Shown in pieces: positions 51,432 to 62,800 of a stretch of 64,000 nucleotides of DNA. This DNA comes from Amphiscolops sp. MND2022 (taxonomy: Eukaryota): contig OZ076415.1 of assembly GCA_964187785.1 (NCBI GenBank), forward strand, positions 43,586,001 to 43,650,000, in the 5' to 3' direction. The first letter of the stretch is position 1. The number at the start of each line of letters is the position of its first letter. The position numbers and the translations under genes were made by a program. The notes beneath the pieces are model-generated. The model did no database searches and had not been told where the DNA came from. It worked only from the letters and a program-made list of their open reading frames with translations.

Positions 51432-54400
51432 CTAGTTTTTCTTCGACTTTGGCGCTTTTGCACTCGCTTTCTTTGGAACAGCTTGCTCGGCTCCGCTTGA
51501 ACACCGGTTTAGTGGAATACTAGCACGACTCAATGAAGGATCCGGTGAGGGACTACTTCCCACGCTGCTGGTCCTGCTCACACTCGGAGTAGTGGCACTA
51601 GAAGATACAGAAGGCTTATCATGACGTAGAACAGCTTTCCTGTAATTAGTTTCCATTTTCCCAAGCAAGACTGATCTTCGGGAACCACTCCCTTTAAGGA
51701 AATTCCATACAGAAAACTTTTTGTCACCTATCAAGTCTACCCCCCTCCCTAACAAACGAAAGACTCGTCCGACGGCTTTTGGATCTCTAAATAAACTTGA
51801 AACATGTGGCACTGTCTGATAAGAAATCTGGAGACTCCGAATACAAGACTGAAATACATCCTTATCAGATTCCAAATTTGGGATGGGCACTATGAAGGGT
51901 GACGGCAACTCCACAATTGGTGCCAGACAGAGGCAAGAGTGTTTGAACAAACGGAATAACTCTGGTCGACACTGAAGTTCATAGTATGATGACATAAAAT
52001 GAATCCAATCGCTGTACTCAGGAACGGAACCAACACGTAACTTGGTCACAAGGGAGCGGTATTGGCTAACAGCCTTCACCTTATCGCTGGAGGAAAATAA
52101 CCCGGCCGATACAAAATGAGAAGTCAACTTGTCGATCGCAGTAACATAATGCTCTTCAGAATTTTCAAAAATAACGGCAGGGTCAAAAGCAGAAAGCCCC
52201 CTGAGCAAATTCGATTGAACAAAATCATGAGCCAACAATTGCCTGCAGAAAGCTTTACAGAAGCTGATTGATTGTTCCACGAATTTACTTGGCCGAGGTA
52301 ACTTGCTAGCTATCACAAGTCGGTGAAAGTCTTCATTCAATATGAACTCATCAGGAGACTTGTACGGTAATGCGGTAGAATCCAAATCTAGATGAAGGAA
52401 GCCGTCCCAGTTCGAAATGTTGCCCAAGATACTATCGGGCAAGATGCTCTGCAATTGACTGTAGGCAAAGACTGTAAACTGGTTGAACAAACGAAAACCG
52501 CCTTCCACCTGTTTTTGGACCTCTGCGAATGATGAATTGTCTGAAACAAAACACAACATCCAAAATTACAACTATAAAGTGAGAAATCATAAAAATTAAC
52601 GTGTTAAAACTCTGAATGGGATTAACTAATATAACACGTGAAGAAACAAGCTGCGCCAACTATTTCAATACGAAGTATTGCGAGAATTATGCGTCATTAT
52701 GCGGTTCAAGATGTGACGATTATACGTCACTATGCGGCTTGAGCTGTGACGATTACTCGACACTATGCGGAAATAGTGAAGGGTGACGATTATACGTCAC
52801 TATGCGGCTTGAGCTGTGACGATTACTCGACACTATGCGGAAATAGTAAAGGATGACGACTACACGTCACTATACGGTCCAAACAGTGATGTCAGTGCGT
52901 CACTATACGGTTTGAGCTGTGGAGAGCGATCGCCACTATGCTGAAATGGTATTATATGGTGACGATGCGACAATACACGTCTTGAGATGTACCGAATACT
53001 TGTCATGATATGTATGTATCATAAAACAACGCAATGCAAATCAGAAAACAGTGACCAGGGACAATTATGAGCTATTATGAGAAACAAGCCAAGTAACTAT
53101 TTGTCTTGATATGAAAAGATGAATTATATACCTGAATTTTTTACACCGAACAAAAGGAAACAACCAACTAACAGTGATCGAGGACGCATCTAATGATGAA
53201 CAGTCTGGCCAAGTAGGCCGTGTCCAGGCGGAAACATTCGTCCAAAGTGCTTGGCTGAAAGAAAATTAGGAAATAAGATGAGGTCAGTCCTGACTAAAGA
53301 CAAATCGAGAAAACTGAAAATAACCTCTCTCATGTGGAAGCGGTAAGCAGGGAGTCGAGCCACTTGATTCAAATGATTCTGGACATGATTCCAGTTGCTG
53401 GACAGGATCTCAATCAAATCTGACGCTTCGACAAGTGAATACTCCAATTGGGTAACACACTACAACATTAAAAAATCGAAATTGGCGAGAAGAAGTCTTT
53501 TATCAAAGAACAAAGTGACTTATGATTGGGATTTTACCTTATGCAAGAGAGGTAATTGTTGCAACCAATCCCGGTCGAGGGCAGTCCTAAGTTTCATCAT
53601 CAGGAAATCCAGAATTGTCCTGTAGTCATGCCTCTCGATTATCTGTACAGTTGGGGTAGCCAAACTGCGTTCAAACTCCTTAGGGCCAAAGGTGTGGACT
53701 ATTGTGGGGTGGTGCGATCCAGGCAAGGAAGCAGTCAGGCAGTCACTAAGTTTGTCATCAAAATCAATAAGAGCCACACATGTCGGGTAAGTCTCGAAAA
53801 GACCGAGGAAAGAGGATACCAGGGTGATAACCTTCCTTGGGAGTAACAGTCCTCGAGGTGCCCCACCAAGGCAAACTCGGTGGTAAACATTGCCAGCCCA
53901 GAAGCAAAGCATGACGAAAGATACGGTGCTGGTATGTTGAATGGCCAAAGAATAATGTCCAGAAGTAGCGATCATCGAGACACAGTGGCTTACCAATTCC
54001 CGAAACATGTAGACCAGGATACCCTGTAACATGAAATCCTTTCAGTATACAAAAGAACTGAAGTGGGTATTTGTGCGCGGACATCGCGTAAAATGGTATA
54101 AGTGATACCTAGTATATCAAAAAGATAACGAAAATAAACCTAGAGAGAAGGAAAGAAGAGACTTACAAAGAGACGTTCGGGACCCCAATTTTGCATTGAC
54201 AACCGGTCGCTGGACGTTAAGCGCACAAGCTCGTCATACATTCCAGTTAAACTGGAAATGTGCCCACCATGCTTCAAACCGAACTCAAGGATACTGATTT
54301 GAGATAACACTTTGTCTGTAGGACTACTGGTAGCGGTAAAATCTGGAATTGACTCTTGTCCCACGAGAGGCCGACAAGAATCGAGTTGGGGAGCAATAGG

Positions 54401-55871
54401 ATAAGTGTCTTTAGCTTTCCTCTTCGCTTCTTGGAGAGCAACCCCTAACAGTTCGGTCTGGTCCTTGTCGAAGAGAGGCATCCCTGGCACCTCCATGCGG
54501 ATTCGATGCTCCTTGACCAGGTGAGCTTCTGAGCGGTAGTGCGAGATCAGTTCAAGACTCCCTCTACTCATGAGAGACAGCTCTACTTTGCAGACTCTGC
54601 ACCACCATTTATGGGGGGACTTGTCCTTATCTAATGGTCCAGTGGCAGAGAATTTTAGGACGGGATGTTTCTTGAGCATTCCGCCGGTCAGAGAATACCG
54701 GGCTCGACGTCGTTTCCCCCGCGCCAAAGTGACGCTCTGGCTCGTCCCTTGATGAGTTGTTCCAGAATCAGTTTGCATTGTTAGCTCTTCCTGGCTAGAC
54801 GTGGCAGGAACTACAGCCGGCACAAGATCGTCTACGATTGTCAATCCCATGGGATGATGAATGCCAATTTCTTCACTAGTAAGGAATGCGGGAGGTATTC
54901 TATCAAGCACACTCGACAAAACGAGGATCTCCTGTCGTGTAATGCTAAGGCTTGGGAGGGTTGTATTCTGAAGAGTGGATTCTTCTCCTGCATGAACGAT
55001 ATCCTCCTGCAGACGAATATCTTCGGGGTTCAGTTCTGTGTCCAATCCAATCACAGCAGGATTTTGGGGAACGTCATCATTGTTTCCAGTTTGTGGAAGA
55101 AATTGATCAAATCGTGGGGATTCCATTTGGGAACTACATTGTGGAATCAAGTCCTGGTACACACTCTGAGTGAAATTACCCGCCAATGCATCCATGCTTT
55201 TGACAGGGGTAGTATCAGGAGTTGAAGCAACAACAGTTTCGCTGGAAAGATCCTGGGTCTGACCCTGAACCGTGTCGGAAGATGGGTCTGTAATTTTCAA
55301 GGCTGAAGGATTAGTGTGGGTCTCGACCGTTATCCCTTCATCAATTTGTAAAGGTGGCTCACTGGGTGTTCCCACCTCAGCCGCTAGACCGCGGGATTGG
55401 GGTGTTGCGACTTTCAGTGCAGCATAAACTTTCGTCGGTGAATTAGAAGGAGCAACTTGAGCCTTGTCTTGTTCAGCTAAAACAATCGGTCTATTACTAA
55501 AATAAAAAGGAAGTGGACCACGCAAGCCTTTTCTGTTCAAAAATCAACTGGAACCGGACGCGGGGACAGGAAATGAAAGAGGAACGGAAATCGCTTAGAA
55601 GTCAGAAACGGAAACGTTTCGAAAAAATTCTGAATCTGATCTAGAAGTTGTTCTGATCATTTTCATTTTTGCGAGCCTGGCCAGCTTAGCAGAAAGCATA
55701 AACCTTTGGAACAGAACTAAAATGAACCTGAACTAGAATAAAATTGTTGAACTTACATGGCATTGGCTCAGGAGGCAAATCACAATTCCAGAAATCATCC
55801 TGGTGGTGCAAGGGGTAACCTTTTCGAGATCTTCTTTTCCCGGGTGAACTCGTTTCTCGTTGGGAATCCAT
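51432..55871 (-). CDS. Antisense spliced gene of Gypsy B, about 1078 aa; zinc finger plus hAT-transposase-like region
   Basis: Predicted exons 55757-55871 (tentative), 54167-55476, 53538-54023, 53325-53459, 53173-53254 and 51432-52540. All introns are GT-AG and the exons sum to 3237 nt in one open frame. Junctions of exons 2-6 are conserved in A. Confidence 0.85.
52680..52990. repeat. Tandem array (about 70-bp unit) in the last intron of the B antisense gene
   Basis: gtgacgattatacgtcactatgcggcttgagctgtgacgattactcgacactatgcggaaatag repeated. Confidence 0.85.
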
Positions 55872-56284
55872 TTATTAACAGAGGCGATTCGTTGAAGAAC
55901 ACAAGTCAACAATAAATTGGGAACAACAGGGTAATAACCAGAGAGTAAACGGAGTAACACTTGCAGTGTTGGGAAGAAGCAGTCGACAGGTGAAGGAGGA
56001 AAAGAAAACGAACTCTGTAAATACTGAGACTTTGAACTTTGACTATGAATTTTACTTGATAAACGTAAGCAATGTTAATAGAACAGGACAAAAGGCGTGA
56101 CGTTAATGTAACAAAAGAAGGCAAAAGAGCAAATGAAATGATTGAGCGCAAATATGCGTGGAGAATGCTGCAATTTGATTGGCTGTCCACATGTCAATTA
56201 CGTCTGCCAGCGTGATTGATTGACTCATTACGACATCTGAAAGCAATAAAGACTCATTCTCATCACAACCGTGCCGTTTGGAAT

Positions 56285-56520
56285 GATTTAATATGCGGCA
56301 GTATGCGGATTTGCCAATAACGAGTATACAGCAGTATGCGCTTTGTCGACTTGAATTATGCGGCAGTATGCGGATTTGCCAATAACGAGTATGCGGCAGT
56401 ATGCGGAATTGCAAGGACGAGTACGCGGCAGTGTGCGGAATTGTCAGCTGGAGACTATGCGGCACTATACGGATTGAGCAGTGACGTATACTCGTCACCC
56501 TGCGGTTTACGCTGCATACA
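56285..56520. repeat. TATGCGG tandem array upstream of the antisense gene
   Basis: gagtatgcggcagtatgcggatttgccaataac-type units. Confidence 0.85.
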
Positions 56521-57303
56521 TTCAAAGGAACGGATTAATGTTACTAATGCTTGAAATTGAATGAAAAGACAATATTACATAATACTGTGATGTAATTACG
56601 GCTTGCAAATATCAATCATGTGTGATTTTACTGATGTTTAGCCAGATACCAGTGCAGTTTTGAACCAAATATATGTATAACAGCTTAGTCTGGTGACGCT
56701 TTTCAAACCCTTAAATGAAGTTACTGGTAGCGATGAAATCCATGTATTAGATCATAAACTACATTTATATCCTTTAAAATACAGGACAGGAGTCGACTGA
56801 TGTTTTCTTTAAAAGTCATATGACCTTTGGAAGTAGGATAGGAAACGCTTCTTAGCTTTCCCTATTTTTTACAAACAGTCATGTAGCTTGAATATATTTG
56901 ATTGTAGTTTGTTTTATTGAAGAATATTGTCATGAAGAGTTTTAGTTCATTTTCACTCACATCGAATTGAATTTGTTTACGAATCATTAAAAGTAGATCG
57001 AATGCTGTGAAGGATGATGATCAAGGGAAATCAGTTGAAGTGCTTAACATCACACCTTTTATGGAAAATGTTTATGATAAATTGTGGATGATGCTTGTGA
57101 TATGAATCTAGACAGGAACCCATATAAGGTGGTGTAAGAACCTAAAAAGCCATGACACTCAACTTTTTCGCGGGTTTTCCATCGAAAACGAAAGGTATAA
57201 AAGAATCCATCATAATATGGTCTATAACAATCTGAAATTCAGTTGCTATTAATATCAAAATTCTGCTTTAAATAGTCTGATTTTAAATACAAATCAAAAG
57301 AAA

Positions 57304-58359
57304 ATGAACCCCCTGCAATTTAACCTGGACGAAGATTTGGGCTACTCGCCTATTTCACCTGATGTCATCGACATCTCCAGTGGTTCGGGGGACGAGTTCG
57401 TGGTAGAAGCTGGCAACATCCCCCAGTTGCACGAGAAATTCAGGATCAACACGACGGGGACAAACATGATGACAGCCTTCATGGGTGCGGCAACAGCGTC
57501 ACTATTTCCTAATACTGACCATGTTGACCAATCGGGATCTATAGATACGGCTGGAACTCATATTGAGAGGGAAATCATGGATCTAATAGAAGAGGGCCCT
57601 TCCTCCTCTCCTGAATCTCCGCTGTCTTTCATAGATTCGGAATTTGAAGAGGTTGGAATGACCCCAGTTAATGTTAATGCAGAACCCAGGATCCAACTGA
57701 ACAGCTATGGGCGTCCAGTCGCAGCAATATTGCCTACACCAAGAGCCACAATACAACAGTCGAATGAGATCGCCAGGCCAGTGCCCACTTACCCCCCAAA
57801 TTTTTCACGTGGGACACATGATTCACACCAACTTCAAGCAATTAATTCAGACGCTCAAGAAACTGTGAACCTGCCGGTTCATCAACCAGAAGGGGTTTAC
57901 CCTCAAACAACTTTTGTCCCAGAGGGAATAGCATACCCGGCCGTCAATGACATCACTCCAGTAGTGATACATCTACCCCCTAGAAACATGGGTAATCCTC
58001 AAGTCAACTTCAACGATCAATTTCAACAAGTAGTCCAAGCTGGGTTCCCGTTCAATGTTCTACACAGCACCAACATCTTACTGATGCCGATTAATGAACG
58101 ACAGAATTTCAGACTGTTCCCGACGGTCATGCCCAACGTCTCTGGGTATTGCGATTGGTGTGGACGCACTTTTGATCAAGTGGCTCTAGAAACGTTGGGT
58201 GACTATCTTGGGGCGACAGCTTATAATGAAGAAACAGTCAGAGACCGTGGAGTCAGATCCAGAGCCTTCATAGACGGATTTGAAGCCGCGTTGTTTATCT
58301 TCAAGAACGCGGGACTGTCGCGTCCCCAAAGGTGCGATGGGTCCGGTGTGCAACTTTAA
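57304..58359 (+). CDS. Sense ORF3 of Gypsy B, 351 aa, unknown function; stop lies in the 3' LTR
   Basis: Intact ATG-to-TAA ORF homologous to A 20047-20996. The last 44 nt come from the LTR. No signal peptide or TM segment is evident. Confidence 0.85.
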   Translation: MNPLQFNLDEDLGYSPISPDVIDISSGSGDEFVVEAGNIPQLHEKFRINTTGTNMMTAFMGAATASLFPNTDHVDQSGSIDTAGTHIEREIMDLIEEGPSSSPESPLSFIDSEFEEVGMTPVNVNAEPRIQLNSYGRPVAAILPTPRATIQQSNEIARPVPTYPPNFSRGTHDSHQLQAINSDAQETVNLPVHQPEGVYPQTTFVPEGIAYPAVNDITPVVIHLPPRNMGNPQVNFNDQFQQVVQAGFPFNVLHSTNILLMPINERQNFRLFPTVMPNVSGYCDWCGRTFDQVALETLGDYLGATAYNEETVRDRGVRSRAFIDGFEAALFIFKNAGLSRPQRCDGSGVQL

Positions 58360-59866
58360 GAAGATAAACAACGTCTACAATGTTGTGTCAAACTCTAAAA
58401 ACTCATCCACTAGTCATGTAAGTTATGTAAATATATTACTTCTAATCAGGGTCTCTTAATTGTTTTACTTTGTAAAAGTAACACCTGGATGTACTTTGGG
58501 CAAATTCAAAAGCCTTAATGATGATTTTATTAGTCCAAATAACACATGTGCAGTGCTACTATTTCATTCTGAACAAATGATATTAATTGGATACGTCATC
58601 ATACAATATGATTACTATTGAATATGCATCACTGCGCGCATTTGTAATTCTCAGTATACGTCATTATACGTTTCAACCATTAATGAGTATACGTCACTAT
58701 ACGTATTTGTGATTTTCATTATGCGCCATTATGCGGTTTGTGCAGTGATGAATATACGTCAATATGCGTATTTTCTCATCCAAGTTTATATGCGTCATCC
58801 CGCGGTTCAAGGAGTAGCGAGTACTCGGCATTGTGCGTTTCTCGCTATGTTCCTTTTAATTTGAAGGATTAACTTTATGTTTCCATATATAGTGATAAAA
58901 GTCCATAAAATATCGTTGTTTAATACCTTTCTAGGGTCCTTTAGACAGCGGAATCGTTTCTGTATGTCATGATATGATGAATCATAATATATAAATAGGA
59001 TGACGACATTCTGACGAGGCGCTATTATTAGGTTTTCCTGGGAATGATGCTAGTAAAATTGCGTGTCATCCTTTTGTAATTTTTGGGTTTTCTTTAGAAA
59101 TAGAAGGAGCTAACACAAGTTGAATAACTTTCCTCAAGTTCAGTTGGTTTTACTGGACCATAAAGCAATCATTGTAAATCATCTTCATTTTTGGACATCC
59201 TAAACAACACCGCCTATTTTCATACAAACTTTCATTTCAAATTCAAATTCTTGACCCTGCAAACTGATCGTTTTCACTTGAGAAAGATGGGGAATAAGAG
59301 AAACAGGAGATCTAGAAGACTAGAAACACCGTCTCCAGACAGAAACCCGATTGAGGCACAAGTAGATACGTCAACTCAAGGTAATGAGACTTTGAATAAT
59401 TTTAACTCAGTTTTACAAGAGAATTTAGGTGAAAACGTCTCAGAAAATCCAATGGTTGAACCAAGCCAAATTAGTAACGAAATCCAAGTTTGGACCCAGA
59501 TTATAGAACAAAAGAATAATGATAGAATCGAGAGAATGAGAGAAGAAATAGACAACAAGTTCGAAGCAATTCTGAAAGAAATCAAGTCAAATAAAAGTGC
59601 ATCAACAGTAACAAATCCGAGATCAGAGCTCAATGAAAATCAGGAACCACAAGCGTCGGGGTCCAAAACTAACAAGCCTATAGGAGTTCACGCATCTCTA
59701 AATGAAAATTCAGATTCGGAAGATGAAGATTATCCTTTAAGGGCTTCAAAAATGAAAGATCTTAGACATCCTGCAAAGCCTTTGTTTCGAGCTGAATCAG
59801 ATGTAGATGTAACTATACATTCAGACGAAGAGTCTGATGCTGAACCCCTAAGAGAGGATTATCACA
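58316..59866 (+). repeat. 3' LTR of Gypsy B
   Basis: Direct repeat of 44037-45587; followed by TSD GTCAG. Confidence 0.97.
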
Positions 59867-62800
59867 GTCAGTCAATGGAGCACTTCAGTAGAACTTTTTC
59901 CCACCAAAATGGGAAAAGTTCCAAGAAATAGTTTTTAGCAATCTTGGTTTGGAAACAAAATTTAAATTTAATTACTAATCTAGGCAGGCTGCTTTCAATT
60001 TTGTTTCCGAACCAAAATCGCTAAAAACTCCTTCTTGGAACTTTCCCATTTTGGTAGGAGAAATTTCTAGTCAAGTGTTCCATTGAGTAACCTTTACATT
60101 TTGTGGTTAAATTTCCATTAACCACTCTAGAGACGTCACAATCATCAGCTGGAAAATTTTTATTCAGAAATAAAATTTCCAATTCAGTTTTCAAAGTTTA
60201 ATATTTTGATTTTCATTTATTGGGCAGGATAATTGAAATTATTGGCAATTCTGATATTCTGATAACTCAATTCCATCATCGTTTCCACGTTTCTGCTGAG
60301 AAAAGAGCACAAGATGTAAGTTTTCCCAAAAAAACTAAGAGACAAGTCATCAAGATTGATGCTTGAAACAAAAATTAACTGCAACCAGCTTTTCTACACG
60401 AACTTGTTTGTTTGACCATTGTTAACTATTGAAAAAATGACTGTTAGCAAGCCCATTGTGGCTTGAAAAAAGCCATTCCCGATAATCAATGTACCTTGAG
60501 ACAATATTATGCGAATCTAACAATTGAGTTTTGCTCGTGATTTTTCATCAACCTTGGTAGTTCCAAAATGAAAATGAAAGTGATTCATGAAGTGTTTCAA
60601 CCAACGATTTTTTTCTCTCTAATTCTGAGGATTATTATGGTAATTGAACAAAATTCAAACTCTATTTTTTTCAGAATCCATGATAGGAAACATTTTTGTT
60701 AAGGGAAATCAACGTTAGTATGACTTTTGATTCTGCGAAATGAAGTTTAGTGTCTGATTATAGAGTTGGTGTTGAAAAAACGTAGCAAAATAACTCAATG
60801 TTCTGCCCTGAATTGATTGGGCAACACACATAATTATGAATCAGCCATTATTTTCATGCAAACAAACAAAAATTTAAGAAAATGTTCCAACCCAAGTTCG
60901 TAGCTTGAAGCCATTTCGGCACTTTTCCAAAAAATATTACGGACATAAATAATGAAATAGAAATTGGGGAAGCCGTACCAAGGAACTTTTTTGCCAATAG
61001 TTCTAACCACCCTGCATCCCTCACATAATACACTGCTACATAACTACCTGATTCAAGTTCTTATTGAATTTTCAACAGAAACCAATTATGATAAAATGGC
61101 CCACGCGGCAAGATAAATGGTTCAATTGAGCAGTTTCTTGGGAAACGGATAAAATTTTGTTCGAAACCGAAGAGTACAAAAGTAACTGATACCAAGCTCA
61201 AAAGAACAAAAAACGGCATGTACGCCAATTAAATGGTAGGACTCAGCTTACATGTTTTAAAAGCACCATCGTTAAAGCGTTCAACAGGACCAAAGATAAC
61301 AGCGTCTTTAGAAGCTCAACAGTGAACAGTCTCCCTATCAAAAGAAAATAGTATTATCGAGGCATCCGGTAAAAAAATAATGAGTGACAGGATGACAGGA
61401 TGAACTTCTGGTCAATCTGAATCAAGGAGCCTCTTACGTATCAAATAGAGGAATCCAATTGAAGACCTTGACAAGTAATAACTAACTGAATGCTTCAAAA
61501 ACTTGAAAACTTGTCTGTTATTTCAATTTTGAAAATGAAAGCTCACCGATGACATTGAATTAGCAAATTGAATCAGTTAGTTTGATATTGCAACCTGGCT
61601 CTCACAACTAAAAACTACATTCGGCAGTGATATTAAAAAACCGCCGGGAAAAACTGACGAAGCGTTGACAGCTATTGAATGACCACCAGGAAACAAAACT
61701 CGTAACCTTGTACAGTTGGAACAATCAAGAATTCAAAAACTACATGTAATTGTCCCTAATATAGTAAAAAGAAACAGCTAAAGCTTTATAAACTCTTACT
61801 AAACTCACTTCATAAATTTCCGTTATTATTGTACGTTTCAGCATTATCTAAGGCAGAAGCGCTACAAAAACTACAAACGAGCAAGCTTGTTTGGAGTGAA
61901 AAAGGGAAGCAAAAGGAATCCACAGCCGATGATTTCAAGCGTTTGGTAAATGTGAATAAAATTGCGAAATTGAAACCGGCTGAAAAAACGACAACAAATA
62001 TTCCATTTTCAATGGAAGAATCAATTTGAGATTGGAAGCTGAAGAAAAAGTGTCTTATGGCTATTTGAGCAGTTACAAAACTTTATGTGTAAGATGAACG
62101 AAACTTCCAATTCGGTTATTGAACCCGAAATGAATCACGTAGCTGTGCGAAAACTGTAAGCAAGTCGCAAAAGAACTGGGCATCCTGAAAGTTTGCCGTG
62201 CCCAGAAACACGACTACTGGATACTATAGACAAAATTACATAATTGAACACGTGATAATCCATTCTACGTGACGTCACCAGTGGATCATAACCGACCAAT
62301 CAACTTTTCGATCGTCAGAGGATCACCGATCACACTGATTGCGAAATTTGAATTCAATAACATTTTTCCAATAAAGCTTATCGAAAACGAACACACAAGG
62401 GCAACAAAAACAATTTAAAGCAAAGACGACGACAAAAGGAACTTCCGATTAAGAAGAATGCAATATGCAGCTTCTAGTTACAACAAGAAACAATGATTCC
62501 TTATTGGGCTCATGTTGGATGAGGAACCAGTCACCAATCAAGCAGTACTAACCAAGATACAGTTATCCCGACGAAGACAGTCGAGGCCCTAGAGAAAAGA
62601 TTCCACCAACTATTCGAAAGAAACGGAAAAGTGAATATGTCGAAGACAACTTGTTTTAGGGCCAAACTATTTCAGAGTGCCCTTAACTCATATACCTACT
62701 ATCGGAGGTGGAAAACAACCAGTTGATGAAATTCGATCGAAGTTTAGACATTTTACATTTTAGCTATTTCTTTTGAAATTTTTACGTACTTTAGAATTAT

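Larger units (their letters stand above)
44037..59866 (+). mobile_element. Large Ty3/Gypsy LTR retrotransposon, copy B (15.8 kb, recent insertion)
   Basis: 1551-bp TG...CA LTRs with no differences spotted, 5-bp TSD GTCAG (44032-44036 and 59867-59871), PBS, gag, pol. Confidence 0.97.
43431..60606. mobile_element. Foldback (long inverted repeat) element interrupted by Gypsy B
   Basis: 43431-44036 plus 59872-59960 is the degenerate reverse complement of about 59999-60606 (e.g. atggaaatttaaccacaaaatgtaaag versus ctttacattttgtggttaaatttccat). Confidence 0.75.

Noticed and set aside
51432-55871. Antisense gene as an independently nested DNA transposon
   Set aside because: No TIRs or TSD were seen, and it has the same position, orientation and exon structure in two diverged host elements.
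57304-58359. ORF3 as an envelope gene
   Set aside because: It occupies the env position but shows no signal peptide, furin site, fusion peptide or TM anchor, and is mostly low-complexity.
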